In this document: in pieces, positions 38,792 through 49,620 of the stretch | Layout of the letters: every line of letters begins with the position of its first letter | Position numbering within the stretch: position 1 is the stretch's first letter | NCBI GenBank assembly: GCA_025352905.1 | Contig: JANXRX010000071.1 | Coordinates: 1 to 57,975 of the forward strand | Length of the DNA: 57,975 bases | Source: Bacteroidota bacterium | GTDB lineage: Bacteria; Bacteroidota; Bacteroidia; Chitinophagales; Chitinophagaceae | Direction of reading: 5' to 3' | The notes under the pieces: generated by a model | Told to the model about the DNA's origin: nothing | The model's input: only the letters and a program-made list of their open reading frames with translations | The model's database searches: none | Position numbers and translations under genes: made by a program

Positions 38792-40375
38792 ATGAGAAAG
38801 CTCTTTATCCCTTTACTCGTTGCGTTCCTGGCTACAGGTTTTATATCCCGGGCGCAAATACCCAAAGCCCCCGAAGCAAAAGACGGCACGGGTCCTTACA
38901 CACAACTCATCATCCGCGGCGTGATACTGGTAAACGGCACAGGCGCACCGCCCATCGGGCCGGTGGATATTGTAGTGGAACAGAACAGGATTGTACAGAT
39001 CAGTGTTTTGGGCAGCCCCGGGCAAACAATTTCTCCTGCAAGAAGACCACAATTAAAAGAAGGCGGCAAAGAACTGAATTGCGAAGGCATGTATGCGCTT
39101 CCGGGCTTGATAGATATGCATGGCCATATCGGCGGCACCGCGCAGGGTACACCTGCCGAATATGTTTTTAAACTATGGATGGCGCACGGTATTACTACTA
39201 TCCGCGATCCATCGGCCAATAACGGCCTGGATTGGGTTTTGGATGAAAAAAGAAAAAGCGCCGCTAACGTTATTACCGCACCCAGAATATTTGCTTACAC
39301 TGTTTTTGGGCAGGGAAGTAAAGAACCCATCTCCAATGCGGCACAGGCGCGTGCCTGGGTACAGGAAAATGCAAAGAAAGGCGCCGATGGGGTTAAATTC
39401 TTTGGCGCTTCGCCTGAAGTGATGGATGCTGCCATACGCGAGAATAAAAAACTGGGGCTTCGCTCCTGCGCGCATCATTCACAAACAGATGTAGCCAGGT
39501 GGAACGCACTGAATTCTGCACGTGCGGGGATGACGAGCATGGAACACTGGTACGGATTACCCGAGGCTTTATTTACCGGTAAAACGATCCAGGACTTTCC
39601 GGCAGATTATAATTACAGTAATGAACAGGATCGTTTTGAAGAAGCCGGCAAACTCTGGAAACAGGCAGCCGAACCTTATAGCGAACACTGGAACAAAGTG
39701 ATGAATGAATTATTGTCGCTTGATTTTACCATCGACCCCACGTTTAATATTTATGATGCCAACCGCGACCTGCAAAGAGCCCGCAGGGCCGAATGGCATG
39801 AACTGTATACCTTGCCTTCTTTGTGGAAATTTTATGAACCCAGTTTACAATCCCATGGTTCTTACTGGCATAACTGGGGTACGGAACAGGAAGTGGAATG
39901 GAAAAACAATTACCGTTTATGGATGGCCTTTATCAATGAATATAAGAACCGCGGTGGAAGGGTAACGGCCGGGTCGGATAACGGGTTTATTTACCAAACC
40001 TATGGTTTTGGTTATATCCGCGAACTGGAACTGTTGCGTGAAGCGGGCTTTCATCCTTTGGAAGTGATCCGGTCGGCCACCTTAAACGGTGCTCAGGCCC
40101 TTGGTATGGACAAAGAGATAGGCAGCGTGGAAGTGGGCAAACTGGCCGATATCATTATCATCAATGCCAACCCTTTAAAAAATCTGCAGGTACTATACGG
40201 TACCGGCGCCATCGAACTCACCAAAGAAAATAAAGTGGTGAGAACAGGTGGTGTATTGTATACCATTAAAGACGGCATTATTTACGACGCGAAAAAATTA
40301 TTGTCGGACGTAAAGAAAATGGTGGATGATGAAAAAGCAAAAACGGGCTGGCAATTGAAACAGCCGGGAATGTAG
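38792..40375 (+). CDS. Secreted amidohydrolase-superfamily protein
   Basis: Signal peptide; PGLIDMHGH, EH, AGSD, SATLNGA..LG..GSVEVGKLAD. Confidence 0.9.
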   Translation: MRKLFIPLLVAFLATGFISRAQIPKAPEAKDGTGPYTQLIIRGVILVNGTGAPPIGPVDIVVEQNRIVQISVLGSPGQTISPARRPQLKEGGKELNCEGMYALPGLIDMHGHIGGTAQGTPAEYVFKLWMAHGITTIRDPSANNGLDWVLDEKRKSAANVITAPRIFAYTVFGQGSKEPISNAAQARAWVQENAKKGADGVKFFGASPEVMDAAIRENKKLGLRSCAHHSQTDVARWNALNSARAGMTSMEHWYGLPEALFTGKTIQDFPADYNYSNEQDRFEEAGKLWKQAAEPYSEHWNKVMNELLSLDFTIDPTFNIYDANRDLQRARRAEWHELYTLPSLWKFYEPSLQSHGSYWHNWGTEQEVEWKNNYRLWMAFINEYKNRGGRVTAGSDNGFIYQTYGFGYIRELELLREAGFHPLEVIRSATLNGAQALGMDKEIGSVEVGKLADIIIINANPLKNLQVLYGTGAIELTKENKVVRTGGVLYTIKDGIIYDAKKLLSDVKKMVDDEKAKTGWQLKQPGM

Positions 40376-40381
40376 GATAGC

Positions 40382-40951
40382 TCACCCTAAAATTTTCGAT
40401 ACAAAATCAGAATGAAGGCTGATATTCAGGAAAGCCGTCAATCCAAAAATAATACCCAGTAAACTTACACAGGCTGAAAAATAGAGCAGCCACTTTTTCT
40501 GGGTGAGTGAGGTGATCCCGAACATGGCGATGGAAATGGTTAATAATGCTTCTGTCATATCAAACTGATCGTCGAACAGGTTGATATCATCATATTCTTT
40601 CTGAAATCCTTCTGCCTGGGACTTGATTTCGGTTTTCTCTTTTTCGTATCGTGCAATTTCTGTTTCGTATTTTTTGATGACGGCATCGCTGCCGGGGAGG
40701 TTTTGCAATTTTAGCAGCTCTATCGAATTTTCTGCGATCGCCTGTTTGGTGCTTTTCGCCTGGAAATACGACCAGGCATCTATACTATGTGCCTGAGCCT
40801 GCGACATTGACTGAACAATGTTGCCATCTTTAACATTACATAACGCCATAAAAGTGGCGGTGATGGCTACAAAAAGCGCCACCCTTGAATTGATCCTGCT
40901 TTTGCCCGCTCCTTCAAGCGGCTCCTGGATCGTGTCTGCTATATCGGTCAT
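40382..40951 (-). CDS. DUF4337-like membrane protein
   Basis: Start placed at MTDIAD; 'DAWSYFQAKSTK' motif, coiled-coil segment and three TM helices. Confidence 0.75.
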   Translation of the reverse strand: MTDIADTIQEPLEGAGKSRINSRVALFVAITATFMALCNVKDGNIVQSMSQAQAHSIDAWSYFQAKSTKQAIAENSIELLKLQNLPGSDAVIKKYETEIARYEKEKTEIKSQAEGFQKEYDDINLFDDQFDMTEALLTISIAMFGITSLTQKKWLLYFSACVSLLGIIFGLTAFLNISLHSDFVSKILG

Positions 40952-40982
40952 AAAGTATTTTTGAATTATATAAAACAGTTCC

Positions 40983-42431
40983 TCAGGAAACCAACTCGCT
41001 TTTCTGCGGGAAATTAATGGAGATGCTGCATCCCTTACCCGGTGCAGATTGGAGCTCCACGATCCCGTTGTACAGGTCGGCCCTGCTAATGATATTATGC
41101 AGGCCGATCCCTTTACGGGGCTGGCTGGTAATAAAACCAATCCCATCATCCACGATAGACAGGTTAATGAATTCGCTGTTACGGCTCAGGCGGATATTCA
41201 CATTCTCTGCATTGGAATACCTGATGATATTGCTCATCTGTTCCTGTACGATACGGAAAATGCTGAGTTTGAACTCGTAGGAGATATCCTCTTCATAAAA
41301 AGAGTCTGCCCGGTAATCTATCTGAAAAGTATTTACAGCGATCACATCATCCAGCAACCCTTCTATCGCCTTGCTTAAACCAAAGTGTTTGATCAGTGGG
41401 GTTACCAGGGTTTGGGAAAGTTTGCGGATCTCTTCAATAGCATTCAGAATAAACCCGGAGGATTGTTTCAACAACTCAAAGTTTTCGGGCGATTTCTGTT
41501 GTGCAGAAGCAATATACATCATGGCTACCGTTAGCTGCTGGTTAACATTGTCATGCAGTTCTGTACTGATCTCGTTCCGTTCTTTTTCCTGAACTTTAAT
41601 GATCGCTTCATTGATCTCTTTCTGTTTCAGCAGCTTTTCTTCTTCCAGCTTTTCCTGTAAGCGGATAGTTTCGGTAATATTATTGTGGATCGCCAGTACT
41701 GCGAGGCGTCCCTTATAATCGATCTTGTGTGAAGAGATATCGAGTATCATCGCCTCGCCGTTCTTTTTAAGATCGGTGCCGATATTGGTTTTTTTACTGA
41801 TATCGGTTTCGCGGAATTCCTTTGCAAACTCCATCACCTTATCATTCTCGTTCCGGAGGTCAAGTATGCTCATCTGCAGCAGTTCCTGTCTTGTATATCC
41901 ATATTCTGCCTGGGCAATATCGTTCACCTCCAGTATGCGGAAAGTATTTACATCCCAGATAAAAATGGGTAAGGGGTTGTTGAAAAACAGGTTGCGGTAG
42001 CTCTCATTACTTTCGCGCAGACTCTCTCGTATCCGGTTCCGTTCAATGCTGTACTGGATAGACTTTGACAGTAGTCTTTCATCAAACTCGCTTTTGATCA
42101 GGTAATCCTGTGCACCATTGGCCATGGTTTCGAGGGCCATTTCCATATCGGCCAGGCCGGTAAGTAAGATGATGGGGATAGTTGAGGCATATTCATTGAT
42201 ATTCAGGAAAGAATCAAAACCCGAACTATCGGGCAGTGACAGATCGAGTAATACCACGCTGATCCTGTTTTCGCTTAATACGGTAATGGCTTCGGCGGCA
42301 CTCCTGGCCTTGTATACCTTTTCAACCGGCAACCGGGTGAGTCGTAAGGTTTCTTCGAGTAAAAAGAGATCGCCAGGATTGTCTTCCACGATCAGAATAG
42401 AGAGTAATGCGCTGTTTTCCTGTATCATCAT
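40983..42431 (-). CDS. Hybrid sensor: receiver, PAS, HisKA_3-type histidine kinase
   Basis: IVEDN, LLDLSLPD, QDYLIK; PAS; ELHDNVNQ H-box; FRIVQE..NII, DDGIGF, GIGL. Confidence 0.92.
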   Translation of the reverse strand: MMIQENSALLSILIVEDNPGDLFLLEETLRLTRLPVEKVYKARSAAEAITVLSENRISVVLLDLSLPDSSGFDSFLNINEYASTIPIILLTGLADMEMALETMANGAQDYLIKSEFDERLLSKSIQYSIERNRIRESLRESNESYRNLFFNNPLPIFIWDVNTFRILEVNDIAQAEYGYTRQELLQMSILDLRNENDKVMEFAKEFRETDISKKTNIGTDLKKNGEAMILDISSHKIDYKGRLAVLAIHNNITETIRLQEKLEEEKLLKQKEINEAIIKVQEKERNEISTELHDNVNQQLTVAMMYIASAQQKSPENFELLKQSSGFILNAIEEIRKLSQTLVTPLIKHFGLSKAIEGLLDDVIAVNTFQIDYRADSFYEEDISYEFKLSIFRIVQEQMSNIIRYSNAENVNIRLSRNSEFINLSIVDDGIGFITSQPRKGIGLHNIISRADLYNGIVELQSAPGKGCSISINFPQKSELVS

Positions 42432-42502
42432 TTTAGCAGTTCGTCTGGGGGGTAAATATACTTTTCCGAAAAGATAAAACTAATCGGGTAATGATTGGCT
42501 TC

Positions 42503-44509
42503 TTATGGATGATTTCCCCCAAAATCGGGGGTAGATTTCCTTATGGCGAAATAAAAACAGCTTCCGACACCGGGCTGCGACTCCACCCATATTTTACCAT
42601 CATGCCTTTCCACGATCTTTTTACATATCGTTAACCCTATTCCTGTGCCGCTGTATTCATTCTTATGGTGCAGGCGTTGAAACAGTACAAATATCTTTTC
42701 GAAGAACATGGGTTTGATGCCAATACCGTTATCCCGTACACTGAATACGAATTGTTTTTCTTCTTCCTTACCTTCTATTTGTATATGCGGTTGTATCTTA
42801 CCGCTGTATTTCAAGGCATTACCGATCAGGTTCTGGAACAATTGAAACATTTGTGTTTTATTGGCGTGTATTACCGGCAGCTCCCCTACGGCAATGGTTG
42901 CATTGGTTTCGGCTATCCGGTTCATAAACACGGCCACTACCTCGTTTAACAGGATATTTGTATCTACCCTTTCAAAGCTGTCTTTATTAGAACCTATACG
43001 AGAATATTCCAGCAGGTCGGTGATCAGTTTTTTCATTCGTTCGGCACCGTCCATTGCATAATGAATGTATTGTTCCGCCGTTTCATCTATCTGGTCCTCA
43101 TATTTTTTCTTGAACAGTTGCAGGAAGCTGGTGATCATCCGTAAGGGTTCCTGCATATCATGGGAAGCGATATAGGCAAAGCGTTCCAGTTCCACATTGG
43201 ACGCCGCCAGCTCATCGGCTCTTTGTTTTAACCGGTTATTCAGTTCTATCAGCAGCGCCTCATCTTCTTTCCGCTGCGAAATATTCTGCATGGCCCCAAA
43301 CAACCGGATGGCTTTACCCGTCTCGTTACGAACGATATAGGCCTTATGGTACATAAAATAATACTTCCCTTCTTTATTGATGATCCGGAATTCATCATCC
43401 CAGTACAGGTGATAAGGATTTTTAAGGATGGATCTTCTTTTTTCGATCACCCTTTCAAAATCTTCCGGATGGATCCATTTCTTCCAGGTGTCGTAATCTC
43501 CCAATAGCTTCCCAGGGTTATATCCATACACTCTTCCAAAACCTTCGTTAGCGCTTACAATCGTGTTGGTGTCCAGGTTCCATTCCCAGATCACATCATT
43601 TGTGGCTTTGGCCACCAGGTCGTACCGCTGGTTGCTGAGCTTGATATCTTCCTGGGCAATCCGGTTCTCAAGTATGATCAGCAGTAGATTTTTGGCCCGT
43701 TCGATCGTTTTTTCTTCTTCAGGGGCAGGCGCTTTTATTTGTTTATAATAGATGGCAAACGTTCCTATCGTTTCGTTCCTTGCATTAATGATAGGGAAAG
43801 ACCAGCAGGCTTTTAATCCCTCCCGCAAGGCAAATTCCCTATAATCGGTCCAGCGCAGATCAGTTGCGATGTCTTCGACCACTACTTTTTCTTTCCGGAA
43901 AGCTGCAGTACCGCAAGAACCTACATTATCCCCGATCATAACCCCTTCAATCGCTTCCGTATATCTTGCGGGTAAGGATTTTGCGGACCAGTTATACAGG
44001 TGGTCATTTTCCAGGCGCAGCACAGAACAAAGCATCCCTGCGTGGATCTCTTCAATCGCCCCAAGATAAAAATCCAGTATCTGGCCCAGTTCATTAACAG
44101 AACTGGCATTCATTTCCAATACCTGCCGTTCGAGATTCTCCAGTTTCCGCAAACGCGTTACTTCGGTAATATCTTTGAAATAAACGGAAATGCCTTTTTC
44201 AAACGGGTAGGCGCTTACTTCTGCCCAGATCTTGTACATCGGAAAATATTCCTTGAACCGCAAAGACAGGTTATGATTAACCATTTTTTCATAATCAGGA
44301 TGCATTTTTAGGCCGGTCAGCTCCGGAAACTGTTCCCATACATTTTTCCCTATCAACGCGCTGCCGGGTTTTCCCATGATCTTTTCGGCTGCATTGTTCC
44401 AGAAAAGGATCATGCCTGCCTTGTCAATAATAAAAAAGCCATCGGTAATGCTTTGCAGTACGTCTTCAAGATGCAGGTGCGTGTCTTCCGCAGGATTCAT
44501 GCTTTCCAT
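42503..44509 (-). CDS. PAS-GAF-PAS histidine kinase (HisKA)
   Basis: GSCGTAAF GAF motif; ASHDMQEPLR H-box; QNLIGNALKY, DNGIG, GTGIGL. Confidence 0.92.
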   Translation of the reverse strand: MESMNPAEDTHLHLEDVLQSITDGFFIIDKAGMILFWNNAAEKIMGKPGSALIGKNVWEQFPELTGLKMHPDYEKMVNHNLSLRFKEYFPMYKIWAEVSAYPFEKGISVYFKDITEVTRLRKLENLERQVLEMNASSVNELGQILDFYLGAIEEIHAGMLCSVLRLENDHLYNWSAKSLPARYTEAIEGVMIGDNVGSCGTAAFRKEKVVVEDIATDLRWTDYREFALREGLKACWSFPIINARNETIGTFAIYYKQIKAPAPEEEKTIERAKNLLLIILENRIAQEDIKLSNQRYDLVAKATNDVIWEWNLDTNTIVSANEGFGRVYGYNPGKLLGDYDTWKKWIHPEDFERVIEKRRSILKNPYHLYWDDEFRIINKEGKYYFMYHKAYIVRNETGKAIRLFGAMQNISQRKEDEALLIELNNRLKQRADELAASNVELERFAYIASHDMQEPLRMITSFLQLFKKKYEDQIDETAEQYIHYAMDGAERMKKLITDLLEYSRIGSNKDSFERVDTNILLNEVVAVFMNRIAETNATIAVGELPVIHANKTQMFQLFQNLIGNALKYSGKIQPHIQIEGKEEEKQFVFSVRDNGIGIKPMFFEKIFVLFQRLHHKNEYSGTGIGLTICKKIVERHDGKIWVESQPGVGSCFYFAIRKSTPDFGGNHP

Positions 44510-44668
44510 AGTTGCCGATAAATTAGATATTACACAGTTGCGAACTGCGGGGTTCCCTTTTAACAGGGTTTACAGGGATTTGTACCCTTTTTCATTAAGA
44601 TCTTTATACAGCTGAATCAGTTTGTGGGGGCAAACAAAGGATCCCGGCTGCTTAACAGGCTGTAATTT

Positions 44669-44693
44669 AAAAAAATCCCGCATAAAGCGGGAT
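44669..44693 (-). terminator. Intrinsic terminator after the M20 amidohydrolase
   Basis: Minus strand atcccgc-tttat-gcgggat followed by a T run. Confidence 0.75.
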
Positions 44694-44727
44694 CTTAATT
44701 TTTATGCGTTTATCTCTTTTCGGGCAC

Positions 44728-46341
44728 CTATTTTTTTTCTACGGTAGGATAGCTGATACCCAGCTGTTCGAGGTAGGTTTTATACTTCGTGGGGTCGTAA
44801 TAAAACTTCCTCATCTCGCTACGGTATTTGTCCATCGTTTCTTTGTTCAGGTAGATCGCCGGCGGATCGGAGGCTTTAATAAACGGTTTATACTTAGTGT
44901 CTTTGGTTTGCACATTGATAAAATAATCTTTTGCATCTGCCAGTATTTTTGGATCTGTGAACAGGTCCACAAGGGTAAGCGCCGTTGCCTTAGCTCCTGC
45001 CAGGGATCCTTTATGGGCAATGGGCGTGGCCATGGCTATCGCGTCTGCCCAGTGATGGCCCTTGGTTCCGGGTATATTAGCCGGGTAACGCAATACGATC
45101 GTAGGCAGGTTCCAGGAGATATCGGCAATATCATCCGAGCCGCCGCCCCATGAGAAAGGAACGGACCCCTTAATGGTATCTACCGCCGTGCGTAACCCGC
45201 TGATCGGTTTGCCGGCATTATCTTTCTTAGGCGCTTCCACCAGTTTCTGCACGGCAAGCGCCATCTGGTTATCCGCCTCTGTCCATTGCGGGAAACCTAC
45301 TTTTTTGATATTTGCATACATGGCTTCCCCCAAAGCTTTATTAAAATGCCCCGGCCAGGCAGTGCCGAGTATCTGGTAGGTCATCCGGGTGTCTGTCATC
45401 ATTGCCGCCCCCTGTGCTATTTTAACACCGGCATCATACATAGCCTGTATATCCTCGTAAGTTCTTTCGCGGAAATAATACCATACCGCCGCTTTGGATG
45501 GCACTACATTGGGCTGGTCGCCACCATCGGTAATTACATAATGCGAGCGTTGCGTGGGTTTCAAATGTTCGCGTTTAAAATTCCAGCCCACATCCATCAA
45601 TTCCACTGCATCCAGGGCGCTTTTGCCTCTCCATGGTGCGCCCGCAGCATGCGCCGCCTCTCCATCAAAAGAAAATTTTACGGATACCAGCCCGTTCTGC
45701 CCCGGATCACCATAATCGCAGCCAAAATCACCGCTTACATGTGTGAAGATGCAGGCATCTATATCTTTAAAATATCCGTCGCGGATATACCAGGCCTTGC
45801 TGCCCACCAGTTCTTCCGCCACGCCTGGCCAGATAACCAATGTACCGGGAATATTATTTTTCTGCATCAGCTCTTTCACCGCTATTGCGGCAAAAATTAT
45901 CACAGCCTGGCCGGAATTATGTCCTTCGCCATGCCCCGGCGCGCCTTCCACTATCGGGTCCTTATACGCAACCCCCGGTTTTTGTGAGGCTTTGGGTATA
46001 CAGTCAATATCACTACCCAATGCGATTACCGGGCTGCCGCTGCCCCATTTGGCCATCCATGCCGTGGGTATACCGGAAATACCTCGCTCTACTTTGAACC
46101 CGTTCTTTTCAAGAATGCCTGTCAGGTATTTTGATGTTTCCACTTCCTGGAAACCCAGTTCGCCAAAGCTGAATACCATGTCGATCATTTCCTGCACCGC
46201 CTTTTCTTTAGCGCCAACAGATACCAGGGCCTCTTTTTTAAGATTTTCTACAAAAGCCGCATCATATTTTTTGGCGGTCTGGGCATTGACATAACACAAA
46301 GAGCATAGTAAAAAGACCGGAAACATTAAGTGTTTACGCAT
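44728..46341 (-). CDS. Secreted M20-family amidohydrolase (AbgB-like)
   Basis: Start placed at MRKHLM with signal peptide; SDID, GHGEGHN, VAEE, AHAAGAPW, GGSDD. Confidence 0.85.
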   Translation of the reverse strand: MRKHLMFPVFLLCSLCYVNAQTAKKYDAAFVENLKKEALVSVGAKEKAVQEMIDMVFSFGELGFQEVETSKYLTGILEKNGFKVERGISGIPTAWMAKWGSGSPVIALGSDIDCIPKASQKPGVAYKDPIVEGAPGHGEGHNSGQAVIIFAAIAVKELMQKNNIPGTLVIWPGVAEELVGSKAWYIRDGYFKDIDACIFTHVSGDFGCDYGDPGQNGLVSVKFSFDGEAAHAAGAPWRGKSALDAVELMDVGWNFKREHLKPTQRSHYVITDGGDQPNVVPSKAAVWYYFRERTYEDIQAMYDAGVKIAQGAAMMTDTRMTYQILGTAWPGHFNKALGEAMYANIKKVGFPQWTEADNQMALAVQKLVEAPKKDNAGKPISGLRTAVDTIKGSVPFSWGGGSDDIADISWNLPTIVLRYPANIPGTKGHHWADAIAMATPIAHKGSLAGAKATALTLVDLFTDPKILADAKDYFINVQTKDTKYKPFIKASDPPAIYLNKETMDKYRSEMRKFYYDPTKYKTYLEQLGISYPTVEKK

Positions 46342-46437
46342 GGCGTTAGTTTTGGTTGATGGTATTATTGAGATTCGAATTGTATGGTTAAACGGCACAC
46401 GGATAACAAGGATCAGGCGCATAATCGCTGATTACTA

Positions 46438-48222
46438 TCAGGCGTAAATTCTCTCGATCGCATCTTTGAACTTCTCCATCACCACTTTCCGTTTGAGGCT
46501 CATTTTGGGTGTCATCTCCCCGGTATCAATCGTCCATTCATGAGAGAGCAATTCAAATTTTTTGATCTGCTCAACATGGTTAAAAAATTTATTAAAGCTT
46601 TCTACCAGTTCTTTATACAGTTCCAGCACCCGGGGATGGTGTATCACATCTTCATTAGTAGTAAAGTTGATCTCTTTCTCATGCATCCATTCTTTTAAAG
46701 CCGAAAACGAAGGAACGATAAGCGCCCCTACAAATTTTCTTTCCGCACCTACTATCATAATCTGTTCAATAAAAGGGCTCTCTTTGAACTTATTCTCGAT
46801 AGGTTGCGGGGCCACATACTTTCCCCCGCTTGTTTTGAACAGTTCTTTTTTGCGATCGGTTATTTTCAGGTATTTATTTTCTACCCAAACACCGATATCG
46901 CCCGTATGGAGCCATCCATCTATCACGGCTTCTGCTGTAAGATCGGGTCGTTTGTAATATCCTTCCATTACGCTCGGGCCGCTTACGCAGATCTCGCCAT
47001 CCTCTTCCAGTTTTACTTCCACCCCGTTAATGGGCGGCCCCACGGTCCCAAACATAGTGCCGCCCGCTTCCTGGCGGTTAACACAGATCACGGGACTATT
47101 CTCTGTTGGCCCATAGCCTTCGTATACGGGCACTTTGGCCGCATTAAATATCCGTAACAATTTTACCTGGCAGGCGGCGCCGCCTGTGATCACAAAAGAA
47201 ACCTTTCCGCCAAGCGCCTCGCGCCATTTGCTGAAGATGAGTTTATTGGCAATGGTCAGTTGCAAATTATACCAGGGACCGCCGCTTATTTTATTATCAT
47301 ATTTTTCGGCCAGGTCCACGGCCCAGTAAAAAAGTTTTCTTTTGATCCCGCTCAATTCATTGCCTTTTGCCATGATCCGTTCAAACACTTTTTCCAGCAA
47401 ACGGGGTACGGTGGTAAAACCATCCGGGCTCACCTCGCGCAGGTTATCGCCGATACTTTCGAGGCTCTCGGCATAATAAATGCTGATGCCGCTGAACAAA
47501 TAAATATAACTACAGGTTTTCTCGAAGATATGGTTGAGCGGCAAAAAGCTGAGTACCTTACTTCCCGGCGCATCGCGGAAAGGAAAACTTTCTTTGGAGA
47601 GTTGTACGTTAGAATAAATGTTCCTGTGACTGAGCATGACCCCCTTGGGTGTACCCGTGGTACCGGAAGTATAAATAATGGTAGCAAGATGTGACGTGGG
47701 TATGGATCGTTTTACGACCGCCACTTTTTCAAGAGATGCCTCATCAGCCATTTGTATGATCGCCGTCCAGTGAGGCGCCCCATCTACAGGGTCAAAAGTG
47801 TAAATAGCTTTCAGAGAAGGTACGCGGGGCCAGAGGTCTTTGATCTTCTCATACATCTCCTGGTTACTTACAAAAATATAGGTAACGGCTGCGTTGTTGA
47901 GAATGAATTCCAGTTCTATCGGGTTGGTAGTAGGATATAGCGGAACCAGTATGGCGCCTGTTTGCTGAACAGCGAGGTCGGCAAAGATCCATTCGGGCCG
48001 GTTATTACTGATAATGGCGATCTTGTCGCTGCTCTCCGGTGTCATATCATTTCCGCTCACCCCTAATTGTAAAAGACCTGCCGTAAAGCGGTTCGCAATA
48101 TCTGATACCTGTTGGGTACTGTATTTTACCCACTGGCCCTGCTCTTTGGCTACGAGCATATCCGGCCGCGGAAAATGTTGTAACTGGTGCTCTAAGCAAT
48201 CAAACAGTCTCTTGGTGATCAT
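46438..48222 (-). CDS. fadD: Long-chain fatty acid--CoA ligase
   Basis: YTSGTTGTPKGV, EGYGPTE, GWLHTGDIG, DRKKELFKTSGGKY. Confidence 0.92.
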   Translation of the reverse strand: MITKRLFDCLEHQLQHFPRPDMLVAKEQGQWVKYSTQQVSDIANRFTAGLLQLGVSGNDMTPESSDKIAIISNNRPEWIFADLAVQQTGAILVPLYPTTNPIELEFILNNAAVTYIFVSNQEMYEKIKDLWPRVPSLKAIYTFDPVDGAPHWTAIIQMADEASLEKVAVVKRSIPTSHLATIIYTSGTTGTPKGVMLSHRNIYSNVQLSKESFPFRDAPGSKVLSFLPLNHIFEKTCSYIYLFSGISIYYAESLESIGDNLREVSPDGFTTVPRLLEKVFERIMAKGNELSGIKRKLFYWAVDLAEKYDNKISGGPWYNLQLTIANKLIFSKWREALGGKVSFVITGGAACQVKLLRIFNAAKVPVYEGYGPTENSPVICVNRQEAGGTMFGTVGPPINGVEVKLEEDGEICVSGPSVMEGYYKRPDLTAEAVIDGWLHTGDIGVWVENKYLKITDRKKELFKTSGGKYVAPQPIENKFKESPFIEQIMIVGAERKFVGALIVPSFSALKEWMHEKEINFTTNEDVIHHPRVLELYKELVESFNKFFNHVEQIKKFELLSHEWTIDTGEMTPKMSLKRKVVMEKFKDAIERIYA

Positions 48223-48246
48223 GATCGGTCATTGGTCGTTCTGAAA

Positions 48247-48525
48247 TTACAATCCTTTTCCTCTCTTAAGTTTCTCATATTCCTGTTCTGTAAGATCCTG
48301 TTTATTACCATTATAGGCTCCAAAATACTGGAAGGCGATGCCGATGCCCCAGCCAAACATTACCCAAACGGGCCAGGGATATCCATGACGGCCGTCTAAG
48401 TGACCTGTTGTAAACCACCAGATGCCCCAGAAAAAAGCGATTATAATAATATAACTGTAAAGGCTTTTCCGAAAGGCGGCACGTTTACTGGCAATGCGCC
48501 AGAGTTTTTCATCTTTGTTTTCCAT
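48247..48525 (-). CDS. 2TM-domain protein
   Basis: 92 aa with WPVWVMFGWGIGIAFQ. Confidence 0.8.
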   Translation of the reverse strand: MENKDEKLWRIASKRAAFRKSLYSYIIIIAFFWGIWWFTTGHLDGRHGYPWPVWVMFGWGIGIAFQYFGAYNGNKQDLTEQEYEKLKRGKGL

Positions 48526-48582
48526 ATGCAGTGTTTAGGCATTTAAGTTAGGCAAATAAGCACAAATAAAAAAAGTCGCATT

Positions 48583-49620
48583 TTACCTCGAAAAATAATA
48601 CTGCCCGGTGGGGATTTTAAACACACGGCTTTCCTGGAAAGTTTTAAACCCTGTATATTCTTTAGGATGGGTGTTTTGCCAGATATGGTAAGCGTCTGCA
48701 TTCACAACATCGCCAAATAACCACTGATCATACGCTTCGAAAAGGCCCTGGTTTAACAGGTATTGCTGGTGGTTGAAAAGGCGGAACGGGTAGGTTTTAT
48801 CTTTATCCTGCAGCCATTCCAGGATAAAACGTGTGCGTATGCTGGTAAGATTTTCTTTGCTGATGCCATCTTTGGCCATATCCCCCGAGCTTTCCAACGT
48901 AGCAAGGATTGCTTTTTCAAAAACGGTAGTTGTTTTTGCGTTCAGCAAAAAACGGATATAACCCGGTGCAAAAAGCGACTGGTATGCATGAAAGATCTGT
49001 CCTTTTATGTTTTCTGTACGCTCGGTATAGCTTTCGAGGTTTACAAACAGTTCACCATATAATACAACCCTCAGCCAGTTCTTGGTATGTACATAATACA
49101 TAGTGGCATTATAATAATTTACATTATAGGAAGGATCTGCACGGATACCTTTTTCCCATTCAGCAATGGCTTCATCCGATTTATTGTCGAGCGCCAGCAA
49201 TTCACCATTCTCATTAAACAGCATGCCATCGTTCGGAAATTTCAGTAATGCCGTCTTGTATAGTTTTGCCGCTTCTTTATATAGTGCGATCGCTTTGTAA
49301 GAAAGTCCGAGTACCTGGTATGCCTGCGCATCAGCAACCGGATTGGCCACTGCCTCTTTGCCTACTTCTATCGCACGGGAATAATCTTTCTTTATAAAAC
49401 TGGCATAGGAAAGGTCCTTTAATACTTCTATATCCGTTGGCGATTGCTCCCTTGCCCTTTCCAGTGTTTTGATGGCATTGTCAAGATCGCCCTGCTGCAT
49501 CAGTGTTTTGGCAGTTGCCTGTAACTGAGCCGCTGTTTGTTGTTGCGCCATAGCGTTGCCCAGGAAAAGAGAAAGAAAAACCAGGGTAATACAATATTTC
49601 ATCGTGCGCATTTTCATCAT
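48583..49620 (-). CDS. Exported tetratricopeptide-repeat protein
   Basis: Signal peptide and several TPR-like helical pairs; start overlaps the DUF1015 stop. Confidence 0.82.
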   Translation of the reverse strand: MMKMRTMKYCITLVFLSLFLGNAMAQQQTAAQLQATAKTLMQQGDLDNAIKTLERAREQSPTDIEVLKDLSYASFIKKDYSRAIEVGKEAVANPVADAQAYQVLGLSYKAIALYKEAAKLYKTALLKFPNDGMLFNENGELLALDNKSDEAIAEWEKGIRADPSYNVNYYNATMYYVHTKNWLRVVLYGELFVNLESYTERTENIKGQIFHAYQSLFAPGYIRFLLNAKTTTVFEKAILATLESSGDMAKDGISKENLTSIRTRFILEWLQDKDKTYPFRLFNHQQYLLNQGLFEAYDQWLFGDVVNADAYHIWQNTHPKEYTGFKTFQESRVFKIPTGQYYFSR

